Shown here: positions 49,936 through 62,375 of the stretch, piece by piece
Layout of the letters: each line of letters opens with the position of its first letter
Position numbering within the stretch: the stretch's first letter is position 1
NCBI GenBank assembly: GCA_016748015.1
Contig: JAAOMT010000273.1
Coordinates: 118,375 to 182,374 of the forward strand
Direction: 5' to 3'
Length of the DNA: 64,000 nt
Origin: Geosiphon pyriformis uo1
Taxonomy: Eukaryota; Fungi; Glomeromycota
Position numbers and translations under genes: made by a program
The notes under the pieces: model-generated
Databases searched by the model: none
The model's input: the letters and a program-made list of their open reading frames with translations, nothing else
Told to the model about the DNA's origin: nothing

Positions 49936-52059
49936 AATCCCTTAATCTCCGCAGAAATGAACTTTATCTTATAGATGAAAATGGAAGAAAAGGGACTGAA
50001 TTATGAGGGTGTATCAAGGATTAGCAAAGAAATACTTTGGTGATTTATACACTACTAATGTGTCTGTTTCTACACCAAATGATTTTGCTATGAGGATTCC
50101 TTGTAAACTGATTTATTTTTCTATTATACTCTCACAGCTTCCCTCCCTAACCTGAGATTGACTAGGAAAAAAATAGACTTAATTAATGATTACCTTTCAT
50201 AAAGCAACGTTGAAAGTTTGCTGCCAATAGTTTGTATTTTTCTTAATATTTTTTCCTTTAGAGATCATAATCGTTTGTTCTTTTTTGTATTTTTTGGTGC
50301 TTTTATTCTACTCCAATTATCTCTTTTCATCCGAAAAAATTCCCTTTTCCTTTGTATACATATTTTCTCTGGGCTATTATCCGTTGATTTCGGTTAAGCC
50401 CCTAAAACAAACACCAATTTGCTGTTTTCCATATTACAACCCACACATTGTAACAAATAATTTCCATTACCAAAATTTACAAATCAACTGATTCTGCTAA
50501 GAGTGGAATGAAGTGTGACATACCATTTTGTAATGGATTAAGTTCTATGAAGGATTTAAAGCGAAGATATTAGTGTTTCAATGATTTTATCAAAAGGTGT
50601 CTTTAAAACTTAAATCTAGGTTAGTTAATACAGCAGAATTCGATGGTCAAAACTAATCAACTAATATTAAATAATTAAGGCTTCATTAAGCAAAGCCTGG
50701 AGGCACCATTTACATTTTTATTCAGTTTTCACACTTGAAATCTTTTTTTCGGCTTTTATAAATTTATACACAACTCAGATGTCCTGCTTTTTACATTTCA
50801 TACGTTTCACAATATCTTTAGTAATTATTTCTTTTATCACTTTATTTTTAAACCTAAAGATATTAAAATTTTGAACAAGCCAAAAAATATTTATTTTACT
50901 CAATTCATTATTAATAATTTAAATATATATTTTTTATCTAATACAATATGACAGAGAATTGTCCTAAATTAAATGTGATTCACGCATTTTCTACATGTGA
51001 TTAGCCCACCCGAGCCAGCCAAGGCTAAACTAAGTTGAACCTACAAAAGCAAACTTGCCCAAAACAGCCATAATTTGCATAAACTAGCACTACCAGGAAC
51101 CAAACCAGACAACCATGCAGTCATTTTATTTGCATTCGACTTGATATTAGGAGTTTAAAGCTTTTAAAGTATCACTATCCTAGCAAAATTCTTCTCATTA
51201 ACTATTAGAACTAACCAGTAAACAAGAACAGTAACATATTGCTATTGGCTAACAGACGTCAAATTAATCTTAAAAATTTTATCAAAAATACCAAAGTATA
51301 TTTTACCAAAAAATCAGAACAGCTAATAAGAGTTTGTTTTTCAGTATATATATAAAACAATTACTGTTTAACAAATTCAGTTATTTTCTTTTTAATTTGG
51401 TTTGAATTTTTTTTAACATAATTATATTTTAATACAATATAACTAAAATAATCATATTAAACATAATATAATAAAACCAATTTATTTAATTTAAAATTAT
51501 ATTTTTAAAAACAAAAATTATGCCAAAAGCATTTTTTAAAGTCTTATATATTTTATTTAAATATACATAATAAGATCTTTTTTTTATGTTTTAACAAAAT
51601 ATAAATATTTTTTACTATTTTGGCCAATTAAAAATAAACTAAATTAAATTTATAAAAAAAAATCTATTCTAAATTAATATTTTATATATAAAAGCAATTA
51701 AAATACAGTTATTATTAGTTATTTTACTTATTTATTTAAAAGTATTAATATTAAACTTAATTTCAAAAAATTAAAACTTTTAAAAAATTATTATTTAATT
51801 AAAAATATTATTATTAACAATATTAATAACATTAAAAAAATTTATATTATTATTATTATTATTAAAACCAATTTTAATTTTTAATATTTTATATTTTTTA
51901 TATAATTTATTTACTTTATACTTAAAATTTGAAGAAAAACTTCAACTTCTTTCTCTCCTTTGTCCCAAATTCCTGAAAAAGAGTCAAATTTTGAAAGAAG
52001 TTTTTTTCTGTTTTTGCATACTGTCTTCCACTATTTTACAAGAAACAAATCCTTTTGTT

Positions 52060-53919
52060 GTTAGACCAGCTGCTGCTATAAGTGATTCTAGTGTTAAGAG
52101 AAGGTCTGCCAGAGTCTTGTCTACTGGTTCAGTTGGTGGAGGTTTGACTCAAAATGTCAAAAAGTCTCTCGGTAATATCAAACCCTTAAGTGCAAATAAG
52201 AATCTCAAAGATAGTGGGTCTGTTTGTATGAACAGGCAGTTTGCTAGTATGAATACGGATGGAGAAGCCTCTGATGATAATGGCACATCTGACTCCCAAA
52301 TGAATATGCCCAATGTGAAATGTTTTAATACTGGTGCGGCTATCAGTTCCCTTATTGGCTCTATTAGTTATGACATGGATGATGAAGAGGAAGTTTTCCT
52401 TCCTCTCCATTTGTTTTTCTCTTTAGAAAAGGTGTGAGTGGACCCCAAAATTGTCAAGTCTCAGGTGGAAGTTGTGGTAAAGAAGTCGTTTGCTTTGGAC
52501 ATCAATCTATCTACTGTGGAGGAAAAATCAGCTATGGCCAAGACTCAGGTTATCAGAAAGTTGTTTTCAACAATCAATAGTTTTGGGGGAGCCAACACCC
52601 TCTCAAAATTTGAGAGAATCATCTGATCGACGTTTACTTCATCTGAAAGCATAGAAAAGACTGCGTCATTAGCCAAAGAAAATAACATCGTAGTGAACAG
52701 CAATCTTAAGAGACAAGGAGTTTGCTCAGATTGGGCCGTAGTCATCAAAGAAATTCTCATGAATATGCCAAAAGAAATGATCATTGCTGCAGTGTCTAAA
52801 TTTGGTCAAGTGGTGTCAATCCAATTGCAACTCATTAGGCTGTGGCAGAAGACTGTAGTAGAGTTTGCCAAATTGAGTTAGGCAGATCAGTTGGCAGCTA
52901 AGTGGTCATTCCTAATCAGGAAAGATTCAGTGCGTGTGGCCAAAGCTGTGGGGGATTGTGAGACATGAGCATCTAGAGATTGGTATAGGGTGCTTTTGTT
53001 TACTTTGCCAGTAGGAACAACAGCTCATAATCTTGGCGATCTTTTGGTGGGAGCTGGTGGGAAAACTTGTGTCATAAATTGATCCTTAGACACTGGTAAT
53101 AGAATTTGTTGTGCTGTGGTTTGTTTTGAGAATGATGAGGTATTAGAGTCTGCATTTTGTACAGAGCCTATTTTTGGTGGGATGAGACTGTCTTGGGCTA
53201 GATTGGACATGATTCGGTGTAAACAGTGTGGGAAACTTGATCATTCTGTGCTGGAGTGTAATGCTGTAATCTCAACCTCTTCTGCTCTTTCCAAGTCATT
53301 TAAAAGGATTGTTTCTGATGAAAATCATTTCCAGTTGGCCAAGCTGTATGTGAAAAAGAGTGTGCCTATTTCTAAACCAGCTGCATTCAGCAGCAAATCA
53401 TGGACCCAGGTTGTCTTTTTGGTATCTTCGTCTAATGGTCCTTACTTTGGTTCTAGTTCTGGTCTTGGCTCTTTTTCTGGTGCCTTAGGTGTGACTGGTC
53501 ACTCATCTCCTGCGGATCCTGTTAGTTCATTTTTGGAAACTTGTCTCACTTTTTTGGAGCATTTTTTGAAACTTCTCACAGATAAGGTGTCTGGTATTAT
53601 TGACAAACTTGACAATTTAAACCTGGTGTCCTTAGTTCTTGCCTCCTCCTCTCAGCCCTTGGTTGTTCCTGGTTTAATTGATGTGAAATTTGGTTTGGAT
53701 ATGGTTTTGAATGAACCTAAGTTTGCGGTTCTACCTCCTTCCTTGGTTTCTTCTAGTGTTTCAAGTTTGGGTTCGAGTAGTTCAAAAATTTTAACTTCAA
53801 TAGTGGGCTGTTTGGAGTCGAAGTTGATGGCTCTCGAAGCTTCGGTTTGTTCGGTATTGGAAAAGTTAGATCAGATGTGTGCTGGCTCGGGTTTTGTGGT
53901 CTTTTCTGTTTCTCAATGA
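52060..53919 (+). pseudogene. LINE ORF1 (RRM-like region and CCHC knuckle); start approximate
   Basis: AVVIKEI..SKFGQVVSI, LLFTLPVGTTAH, CKQCGKLDHSVLEC, C-terminal coiled-coil-like segment. Confidence 0.8.
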
Positions 53920-56900
53920 ATGATTTAGTATGGAAAATTACCACGTGTAATGTTAGGGAAATGAACAATTCAGCAAGCAAGAGGACATTATATGTTGGCA
54001 CAAAGATATGAACAATTTGGTTTCAATTGTTACTAAGACAAAGTTAAAAGATAAGGTTCAGCCTTGGATTGCTAATAAATTCGATAATGTTCGGGTTTTC
54101 GTTTCTGGTTTGAATTCTGGTTACCTCGATTCTAGTGTAGTAATCATTATGAACAATGCTCTGACAAAACATGTATGTAAAGTTTTTAAGGTTCCTGGTC
54201 ACCTTTTGTCTGTCAAGCTGCTTTTTAAAAATAGGCTTTCAGTGTCAATTCTGGGTTTGTATGCTGGTGCTTCAGTATCTGTGTGCTTCTTACAAGTGGA
54301 TGAGATAAATTCTTTGATTGCTAAAGCTGTTAATAAGTCCTCTTTCATGATATTGGGCGGCAATTTCAATAAAGATAGCTCTTACAGGTGTGCTAGTTTC
54401 AGGAAATGTTTTGATTTGGGTTTGGTTAATGCCTTGGGAAGGAGCTTGTTTGGGAAGAATGCAACTTGGACCAATTCTTGAGGGGTGGCCAAGACTATTG
54501 ATTATGTGTTTGTGTCATTAAGCTTGGTTAATACAATTTTAGATCATAGTGTGACCAGGATTGATGAATATTTTGATACTGATCATAGAGTTGTTATTGT
54601 TTTCATGGGTCTGGGTGGTCTTTTGAATGTTAATTTGATGTTTCTTCACAAACAGATGAATAAGAATTGTTGGAAGTTCAATTTTAAGGATGCTATGGCT
54701 GCCAAATGGGCTGTGTTCAAGAAATCTTCTGCTGCCACCACAGCAATGTTGAAGTGTGAGTTTGATGCTGCTCTATTGATTCTGGATCTGGATGCTATGT
54801 GAGATGTCATCCACAAAATTGTGTGCTTGTTAGCAAATGATGTTTTCAAAAAGAAATGGTTCAAGGGTTATGATAATGTGTTTACTAAGGAATCTTCTAA
54901 GTTTCACAAGTTAGAACTTTTGGTGTCTAAGCTAGTTAAAGCATCATGTTTGGTTTCCTCAGAGGAATTTGTTGCATTGCTGGGTACATGGAACTTGTTG
55001 GATGCTACAAATGCTTCTGTGGTTGAGTCTCATTTTTTTTCAGAGTTGCATTTTGAGGTCATAAGATCTGTCTTGTTCAGAGTCAGGAAGTTGTATCATT
55101 TCTCTAAATTGTCCAAGTCAAAGTGTGCTGAAGAATCTCGTATTAGGTCAGCTGTTAGTAAGAAGATGGAAAGTTTTGAGGTGAATAAAAGTCATACAAT
55201 TAGGAGTGTGCTGGAGCACCCCTTTCACAAGGTGGTATTGGATTACTTGGTTGCTAATGATGAACTGGTTCTGGAATCTAGTCTAGTTAAATCTAAGGTA
55301 GATGTTATCATGGAAGACTGAACCAGAAAATGTGTGTTGGTCACTGATGTCTCTGCTGATTGGTGTTGCCAGTACCAACCCTTAGAGTACGTATTTGATA
55401 ATGCGTTTTCAGGAATAATGGACCCCATTAGTTCTGTTGAGTTGCTTGGTGTTGTATCGGACTTGCTTAATGATAAGGCTGCTGGTTTGTCTGGTATTTC
55501 AAATGAGCTTTAGAAGCATTGTGATGGATCAGTTTTGAATATGTTGTTGGTGCTCTTGAACTCTTGTTTGCTCTGTAAGTCAGTTCCTGGTCCTTGGAAG
55601 AAAGCTTAGGTGTCTATGATTCCCAAACCTTATGAGTGGAAGGGAATTTTTACAAACACCTGACCCATTGCTTTGATTGAAACCACTTGTAAGATCCTTT
55701 CAAAAATCCTCTCGAACAGAATTTCTTTGGTGTGCAGTACTCACAACATTCTCCACGGAAACAATTTTTCTGTTTTGAAGGGTATGACGACACAGTCTTC
55801 TATCTTTGCTGTCGGCTCTGTGGTCAAAAATGCTCTGGAGAAGAACTGTGAGCTTTGGCTGGTGTTGCAGAACATGAAGAAGACCTATGATTCTGTTGGC
55901 TGGGAGTATTTAAAAAGGAGTCTGATCAGGATTAAAATGTGTGGCAGGTTTATTTGATTTTTTGGTGGCATTCACAATAACCGAGTCAACAGAGTAATGA
56001 CTGACATTGGTCTAACTGATGGTTATCAAGTCCATGATGGTCTCAATTAAGGAGAAGTGTTCTCACTTCTTTTCTGGCATATATTTTATGATTCTTTTTT
56101 GTGTAAAGTCAAGAGACAAGAAGAATTTTGTGAATATAAGTTGAATTCTCATTTCATTGCTAAGACTGGCTGTGTTGAATCTCAAGCTGGTTTTTCCTTT
56201 TTCTTTGCTGCTAGTGCTTTCGTAGACGATACAATTTGGGTTGGCAGCAGTCAGACTATAACACAACACATTCTCAATGTTGCTAGTGAATTTTTTAGAA
56301 TTAATGATATTTCAATAAACAATGATAAGACAGTAGCTATTCCCATTAACTGCAGGGTTGTAAGCCTATTTCTGACGATCAGTGGTGCACCTATTTCTAT
56401 TGCCAAGAAAGAAGGACCTCACTGGTATTTGGGCATCTTTCTGTCTATGGGTGGTTTGTCGAAGCCCAGTTTGGCCAAGATGCATTCGGATATCCAGTTT
56501 TTTACCAATCTCGTCCTGAAGAAGGCCATTTCTGATAAGCAGTTCTCATATTTGGTTTCAGCGGTTCTTTACCTCATTGTTAGTTATAAAACACAGTTTA
56601 GCTTTGTTCCACTTAGTGTTTGCTGTAAATAGGATGCTTTAATTCATAAAGGCTTCAAATCCAGAGCGAGTCTTCCTTTGGACTTCTCCAATAATGCTCT
56701 TTATCACCCCTTTCTTTACAGCTTAAAAACTTTTAAACAGATTCAAGCTGAGAGTAAATCGGTGTCCATAGTGTGTTTTGCCAATGCTGTTAGAATCCTG
56801 GGTCATTTGTTTCTCCATAGGTCTCATGATTTACAGACTTTGAGCTGGCATCCTGTGCACCTTTTGGTCTCTCTGGCTTGTTTAAATTTGAATCCCTTGA

Positions 56901-58606
56901 ACAATTTTCTGGCAGGTGTGGTTCATATTTTTGCCGATTGCAGTTTATCTTTTAGTAGTCTTGGCCCCAGTGCATTCCAATTCTCCCATGGTACTCTTAT
57001 GTCTTTGGTTATTGGAGAGGTGAAATTTTCTAAATGTTTCTTCTCACTTCAGCAGTATGGAATTGCCTTTGTGGAACAATTGCGTCATCGCAATGGTCTT
57101 GCTTTTGATTGAAAGACTTTTAAGCATTGGAAAAGGCTGGACCCGCGTGGCACTATTCCTGATTGGTTTAGTGTTTCTGTTGGTTATCTTGGCAGTGCAG
57201 AGTCATCTTCTTCTGTTCATGACTGTTCAGTGGGCATTTTTTTTGCTCCTAATGTCTTGGAATCCACTGATTTTGACTTGGTTTGTAGTCAGTTGCTGGG
57301 ATTGGGTGCTGATAGCCTTTCAGTTTATACCGATGGATCCTTGGCTGGTTTGGATACTCTCAGTGTTAAATTGGGTGTGGCAGTTTTCTTTGATGATATT
57401 AATATGGGTTTAGATGTTAAGATTTTGGGTTTGTTGTCATCTACTTTGGCAGAATTGCAAGCTATTGCACTCACTTTCGAGTGTGTTTCTGCAGTTAGCA
57501 AAGTTTGCTTATTTTTGGATAGTCAGGTCATGTTAGATGCCTGCAGGTCGGAATTGGGTTTGGCACATCCGAATTTTTGGAATAGTTGTTGGGTGGAGCA
57601 TCATCATATTGCTAATTTTATTTGTGCTAAGAGGTTGGATGTCAGCTGATGTAAAGTTAAGGGACATTCTGGTGTTATAGGTAATGACTAGGCTGATGAA
57701 CTGGCTGGCTGTGCAGCTTTTTCTGATTTGGTTCTTCCCTCCCAGCTGGATGAGCAGTTTATCCTGGCTGGTAGTAGTCCTGTTTCGGGTAATTCTAGGC
57801 ATTTTGTGTGTAATATTTATCAGTCCATTCACCATTCACATTGGGGTTTTGGTTCAGGTACCAGAGTTGTCACTGGCGAATTGCTCAGTGATATCAATTG
57901 GTGCAGGTCTTCTTCTGTTTGGCATCCCAATTCACACATGGCTGTTGGCTTCACTAGTAAACGGACTGCTGGTTTGTGCACATACTTTATAAAGGCTCTG
58001 TATCATAGACTGCCTGTGGCTGTTTGCAAATGCCTTTATGATAGGAGTTACCCTAGTGTGATTTGTTTGTATTGTGGATGTGTAGAGATCTTGGACCATG
58101 TCTTTTCCTGTGATTCTGACTTTGCTAGTCATGGTCGACTGCTTGGTGATTTTGCGGTTAAATGGGAAGGTATTTCTGGCCTTCATTGCCCTTCTTCTTA
58201 TGTGCTGCAAACTTTTTCTTCATGCGTTTTTGACATCTCAGTCTGTGTTGCTTTGTGTAAAGGCTTTGTTTTTAATGATTGGTTTTTTGAGGCAGTTTCT
58301 GTTTTTGGTGATCTGAAACTTGCTGGTGTGAAAATTGTGGACTTTGTTCATGATTTTTGTCTGGCTTTTAGAGATAAGATTTGGTTGGTCTGTGTCAAAC
58401 ATCATGCATTTATGGAGAAACATGGGTTGATTCCTCGAGATGGTTCTATGCCAGTTTCTATTTCTGGTCTATCTTCTCTGTATTTGGCTGGGGTTGTCAG
58501 GTTGTTGGGTATTGATGATGCATTGGATATTAGATTTGGTTTACATAAATTTAGTTTGTTCATTTCTGGTGCTTTAAATGTGGTTTCCGTTCATATAGGT
58601 ACATAG
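53916..58606 (+). pseudogene. LINE ORF2: APE endonuclease, RT, RNase H, C-terminal zinc finger
   Basis: TCNVR, LGGNFN, IDYVF, TDH; PIALIE, YDSVGW, AFVDDT; VYTDGS, AELQAI, LDSQ, KVKGHSG..GND; CLYCG..E..DHVFSC. Confidence 0.92.
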
Positions 58607-58739
58607 TGTTGTTCTGATTGGCCTGAGTGGCTAGTCATGTGTAGAAAGTGCATGATTCATGTCTAATTTAGATCAATCATTTGATGTATAGCATTAAGTA
58701 GTGTTTGGATTTCACTCAATAAATGTAAAAAAAAAAAAA

Positions 58740-61700
58740 CTTCTTTTTCTTTTTTGTTCAAATTCCCAAAAAAAAGTCAAAGTTTTTTGAAAGAAGTTTT
58801 TTACAATTCAGTATAATAAATCTAAATCCTTTATTCTTGACTATGAAGCCACCATTGGCTGTAGTATTGCTGTTATAAAGAAGACTACCAAAGGTTCTGG
58901 TTCTAGTGATGGCTTCAGGCCTGTTCTTCCAAAAAAAAAAAAGAGAGGTGACATTCTAGAAGATGGTTCTGGTAATGGAAATATTGGTCCTATAGTTCAA
59001 AATAGCCATTCATGAAGTTCTGAGACTGGTAACACCACTAAGTCTGAAAGTATTAATATGGAGAAAGAATGCTTGGTTGAAGAGACCAGTTTTAATTATA
59101 GTAAAGGTAGTGCTCTTACTGTAGGAGATTCTAATCAAACACCTACTGGTTTAAAGGTCAAAACTATGAAGACATTAGGCAAATCATTGGGAAAGATTAA
59201 TTTTTTATTAAATGGCAATGACGATTATGTTCTTTTGAACACCCCATTGGAACTCCCTTTACCTGTTAAGAATTTGGTCAATATTTCTGTTCACAAATCT
59301 TTTGCTTTGGATATTGGTTTAGATAAAGTTACTGGGAAATCATCTTAAGAAAAACTGGCCATGGTTAGAAAACTATTTTCAAAAGTCAATGGTTTTGGGA
59401 GGGCTTCTACTCTCTCAAAATTTGCTGGAATTATTAGAGCAATGTTCACTTCTGAATTAAATTTGGTGCAGGCTTTAAAAAAGGCTGAAGAAGCAAAGAT
59501 CTTGGTAAACACCAATCTCAAAAAATCATTTGGACGCTCAAATTGGGCTGTGGTGTTAAAGGAAATTCCAATTGGAACATCAACAGAGGCTGTACATGTT
59601 GTGCTATTCAAGTTTGGAGTGATTAAGTCGATCAAGATGCAATTGGTGGGACTGTGGCAAAAAGCAGTAGTTGAATTTGAACAGGTTGATTATGCTGATT
59701 TGGTCATAACAAAATGGTCTATTCTGATTGGGAAAGATGCAATGCATGTTGCTAGATCTGACATAGACAAAAAATCTTGAGATGCATGAGATGTTTACAG
59801 AGCCTTTTTGTACACTTTGCCAATAGGAACCAATACACATAATATCTGGGATTATGTTGCTTCAGTAGGTGAGAAAACTTGTGTAATTGACTGTCACCTG
59901 GTTTCTTATACTCAGACCAGATGCACTACTGTTTGTTTTGATTCTGCTGAGTCATTAGATGCTGTCATAAAGACCACGCCTGTTTTAAAAGAGGTCAATT
60001 TGTGCTGGTCTTGCCTTGTTTTGGCCAAGTGTGCTGGATATGGGCCATACATCATTAGTTTGTTTTGTTGGTGGGAAAAAGAATGTTTCTTCTGATGCTT
60101 CATTGAGGAAAACTCTCTCAAACTCAGATAAAAGTAGGTTGGCTGCCATATATGTCAAACACTCAGCTCCAGTTGCTCATTCTGTTTCTTTTGGTGGTGT
60201 CTCATGGACACAAATTGCTGATGAGTCTTCTTTCCCTTCTCCTCCTGGTTGGAATATTTTGTTAAAAGCTGGCTCCTCTTTGAAGATGAAGCCTACCTCA
60301 TTGGTGTCTTTGGAATTGAATAATAGGTTTGCCATTCTTGAGTGCAGTCTTGCCAACCTTGCAGAACATGTTGACATGCTGGCTAAGAGGTTGAACACAC
60401 CTGAGTCAACAGTTTCTCAGCTTAGCTCTGAACATTAGCTATTGGTGACCTCTTCATCACAGAATTAAGGGATGAATATAGTAATGAGTGAGAATTCAGG
60501 TGTGGCCACTGGTGGTGAGACTGTTGCAGAAGTAATGGTTTTTGATTCTGCAGTTATCTCAAAAATAGAGGAAACATTGAACAATCTTTTAGTCACAGTT
60601 ATGAGCCTTTCAGCTAAAATGAACAATGCTGGTTCAGTTTCTACCTCTTTTCTTTCTCAATAAGTAATAAGATCTGGAAAGTTGTGACTTGTAATGTTAG
60701 AGAAATGACCAATCCTGCGAAACAGAATAATATTATTTGTTGGCACAAAGAAAAGGCCAATTTAATTTCTATTCTCATGGAATCAAAGTTAAAAGGAAAG
60801 GTTCACCTCTGGATTGTCAACAAGTTTGATAGTGTGCAAGTATTTATCTCTGGTTTAGAATCTGGTTATCTGGGTGCTGGTATTGTGATTGTTATGAACT
60901 CTTCTCTGGTGAGACATGTGTGCAAAATTTCAGAAGTACCTGGTTGGCTCCTGTCTATCAAGTTGTTTTTCAGAAATAAACTTTCAGTGTTAATTTTGGG
61001 GCTGTATGCTGGTGCTTCTTCTGTAGTTTGGTTCTCTCAGGCTGGTGAAGTCAACTCTCTCATTGCTAAGGCTGTTAATAAATCTTCTTTCATTGTTCTG
61101 GGTAGTGATTTCAATAAAGACAGTTTATGTAAAAGTGCAAGTTTTAAAAGATGTCTTGACTTGGGGCTGGTCAACTCTTTGTCAGGTGACCCAGTAGTGA
61201 AAAGTCCTATGTAGGAAAATTTGAAGAGCATGAAAAAAACGATTAATTACGTGCTAGTTTTGTTTAATTTGGTCAATGTAGTAATAAGTCACAATGTTGT
61301 AGATATGAATGAACATTTTTACACTAATCATTGGATAGTTTCTGTTTTTGTGGGCCTGGACAGTCTGTTGGATATCCAGTTGAACTCTTTTCATAAGCAG
61401 CTAATAGAGATCGTTGGAAGTTTGATTTTAGGAGTGCTGATAACAATAGGTGGAAAAATTTTAAAGATGCCACATCAGCCAATGCTAGAATGTTTGCTAA
61501 TGAGTTTAATGCTGCTGTAAAGCTCTCGAATTTAGATGTTATGTGGAATGTTTTGCACAAGATAATGACTCTTTCAGCAAATAAGATATTTAGGAAGAAA
61601 TGATTCAAGGATTTTGATAGTGTTTTTACCAGAAATTCTTTAAGGTTTCATAAGCTGGAGTTGCTGGTGTTCAAGCTGGTTAAGGCTTCTTGTTTGGTTT

Positions 61701-62375
61701 CTAGTGAGGAATTTGCTTCATTATTGGATATGTGGGGTGAGCTCAATGCTAATAGTGTGTCAGTGGTGAAGTCTTTATTTCTTTTAGGTTTCAATTTTGA
61801 CACAATTTGTTTGGCTTTGGCTAAGATGAAGAAATCTTACTGCTCTTCTAAGTTGTTGGAATCCAGACACACTGAGGAAGCATGTATCAAGGTGGCTATT
61901 AATAAGAGAATAGAAAGTTTTGAATCAGACAAGGGTTACATCATTAAGAGTGTTTTGGAGTGCTCCTTTCACAAGGTGGTACTGGATCATCTGGTTGTGA
62001 ATAACAAGTTGGTATTAGAGCCAAGCTTAGTTAAATTTAGGGTGGATGAGATTATGAAAGATTGGACCAGGAAGTGCAGGGTGGTGTCTGATATTTCAAA
62101 TGTTTGGTCTTACCAATACCAGTCTTTGGAGTATGTTTTTGATGATGTCTTTTCTGACATGATATGTTCTGTTGGTTTTGATGAGTTGTTTAGTGTAATT
62201 TCTGATCTGCCCAAAGGCAAAGCTGCTGGTCTCTTTGGAATTTTGAATGAGCTCTGAAAACATTGTAATAAATCGATTTTGAATATGCTTTTGGTGCTTT
62301 TAAATTCTTATTTGATCTGTGAATCAATACCTGGTACTTGGAAAGAAGCTTGGGTTTCAATGATTCCTAAGCCGT
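58740..62375 (+). mobile_element. Second LINE of a related subfamily: ORF1 58843-60663, ORF2 from ~60660, cut by an LTR insertion
   Basis: 5' UTR similar to 51944-52010; homologous ORF1, APE and RT start (KEAWVSMIPKP). Confidence 0.9.

Larger units (their letters stand above)
51944..58739 (+). mobile_element. Full-length decayed LINE (non-LTR retrotransposon)
   Basis: 5' UTR, ORF1, ORF2, AATAAA at 58718-58723, poly(A) at 58727-58739; candidate TSD AAAAACTTC. Confidence 0.92.

Noticed and set aside
50980-51340. Possible DNA transposon or MITE remnant
   Set aside because: Somewhat C-rich, but I could not find terminal inverted repeats, a TSD or coding similarity.
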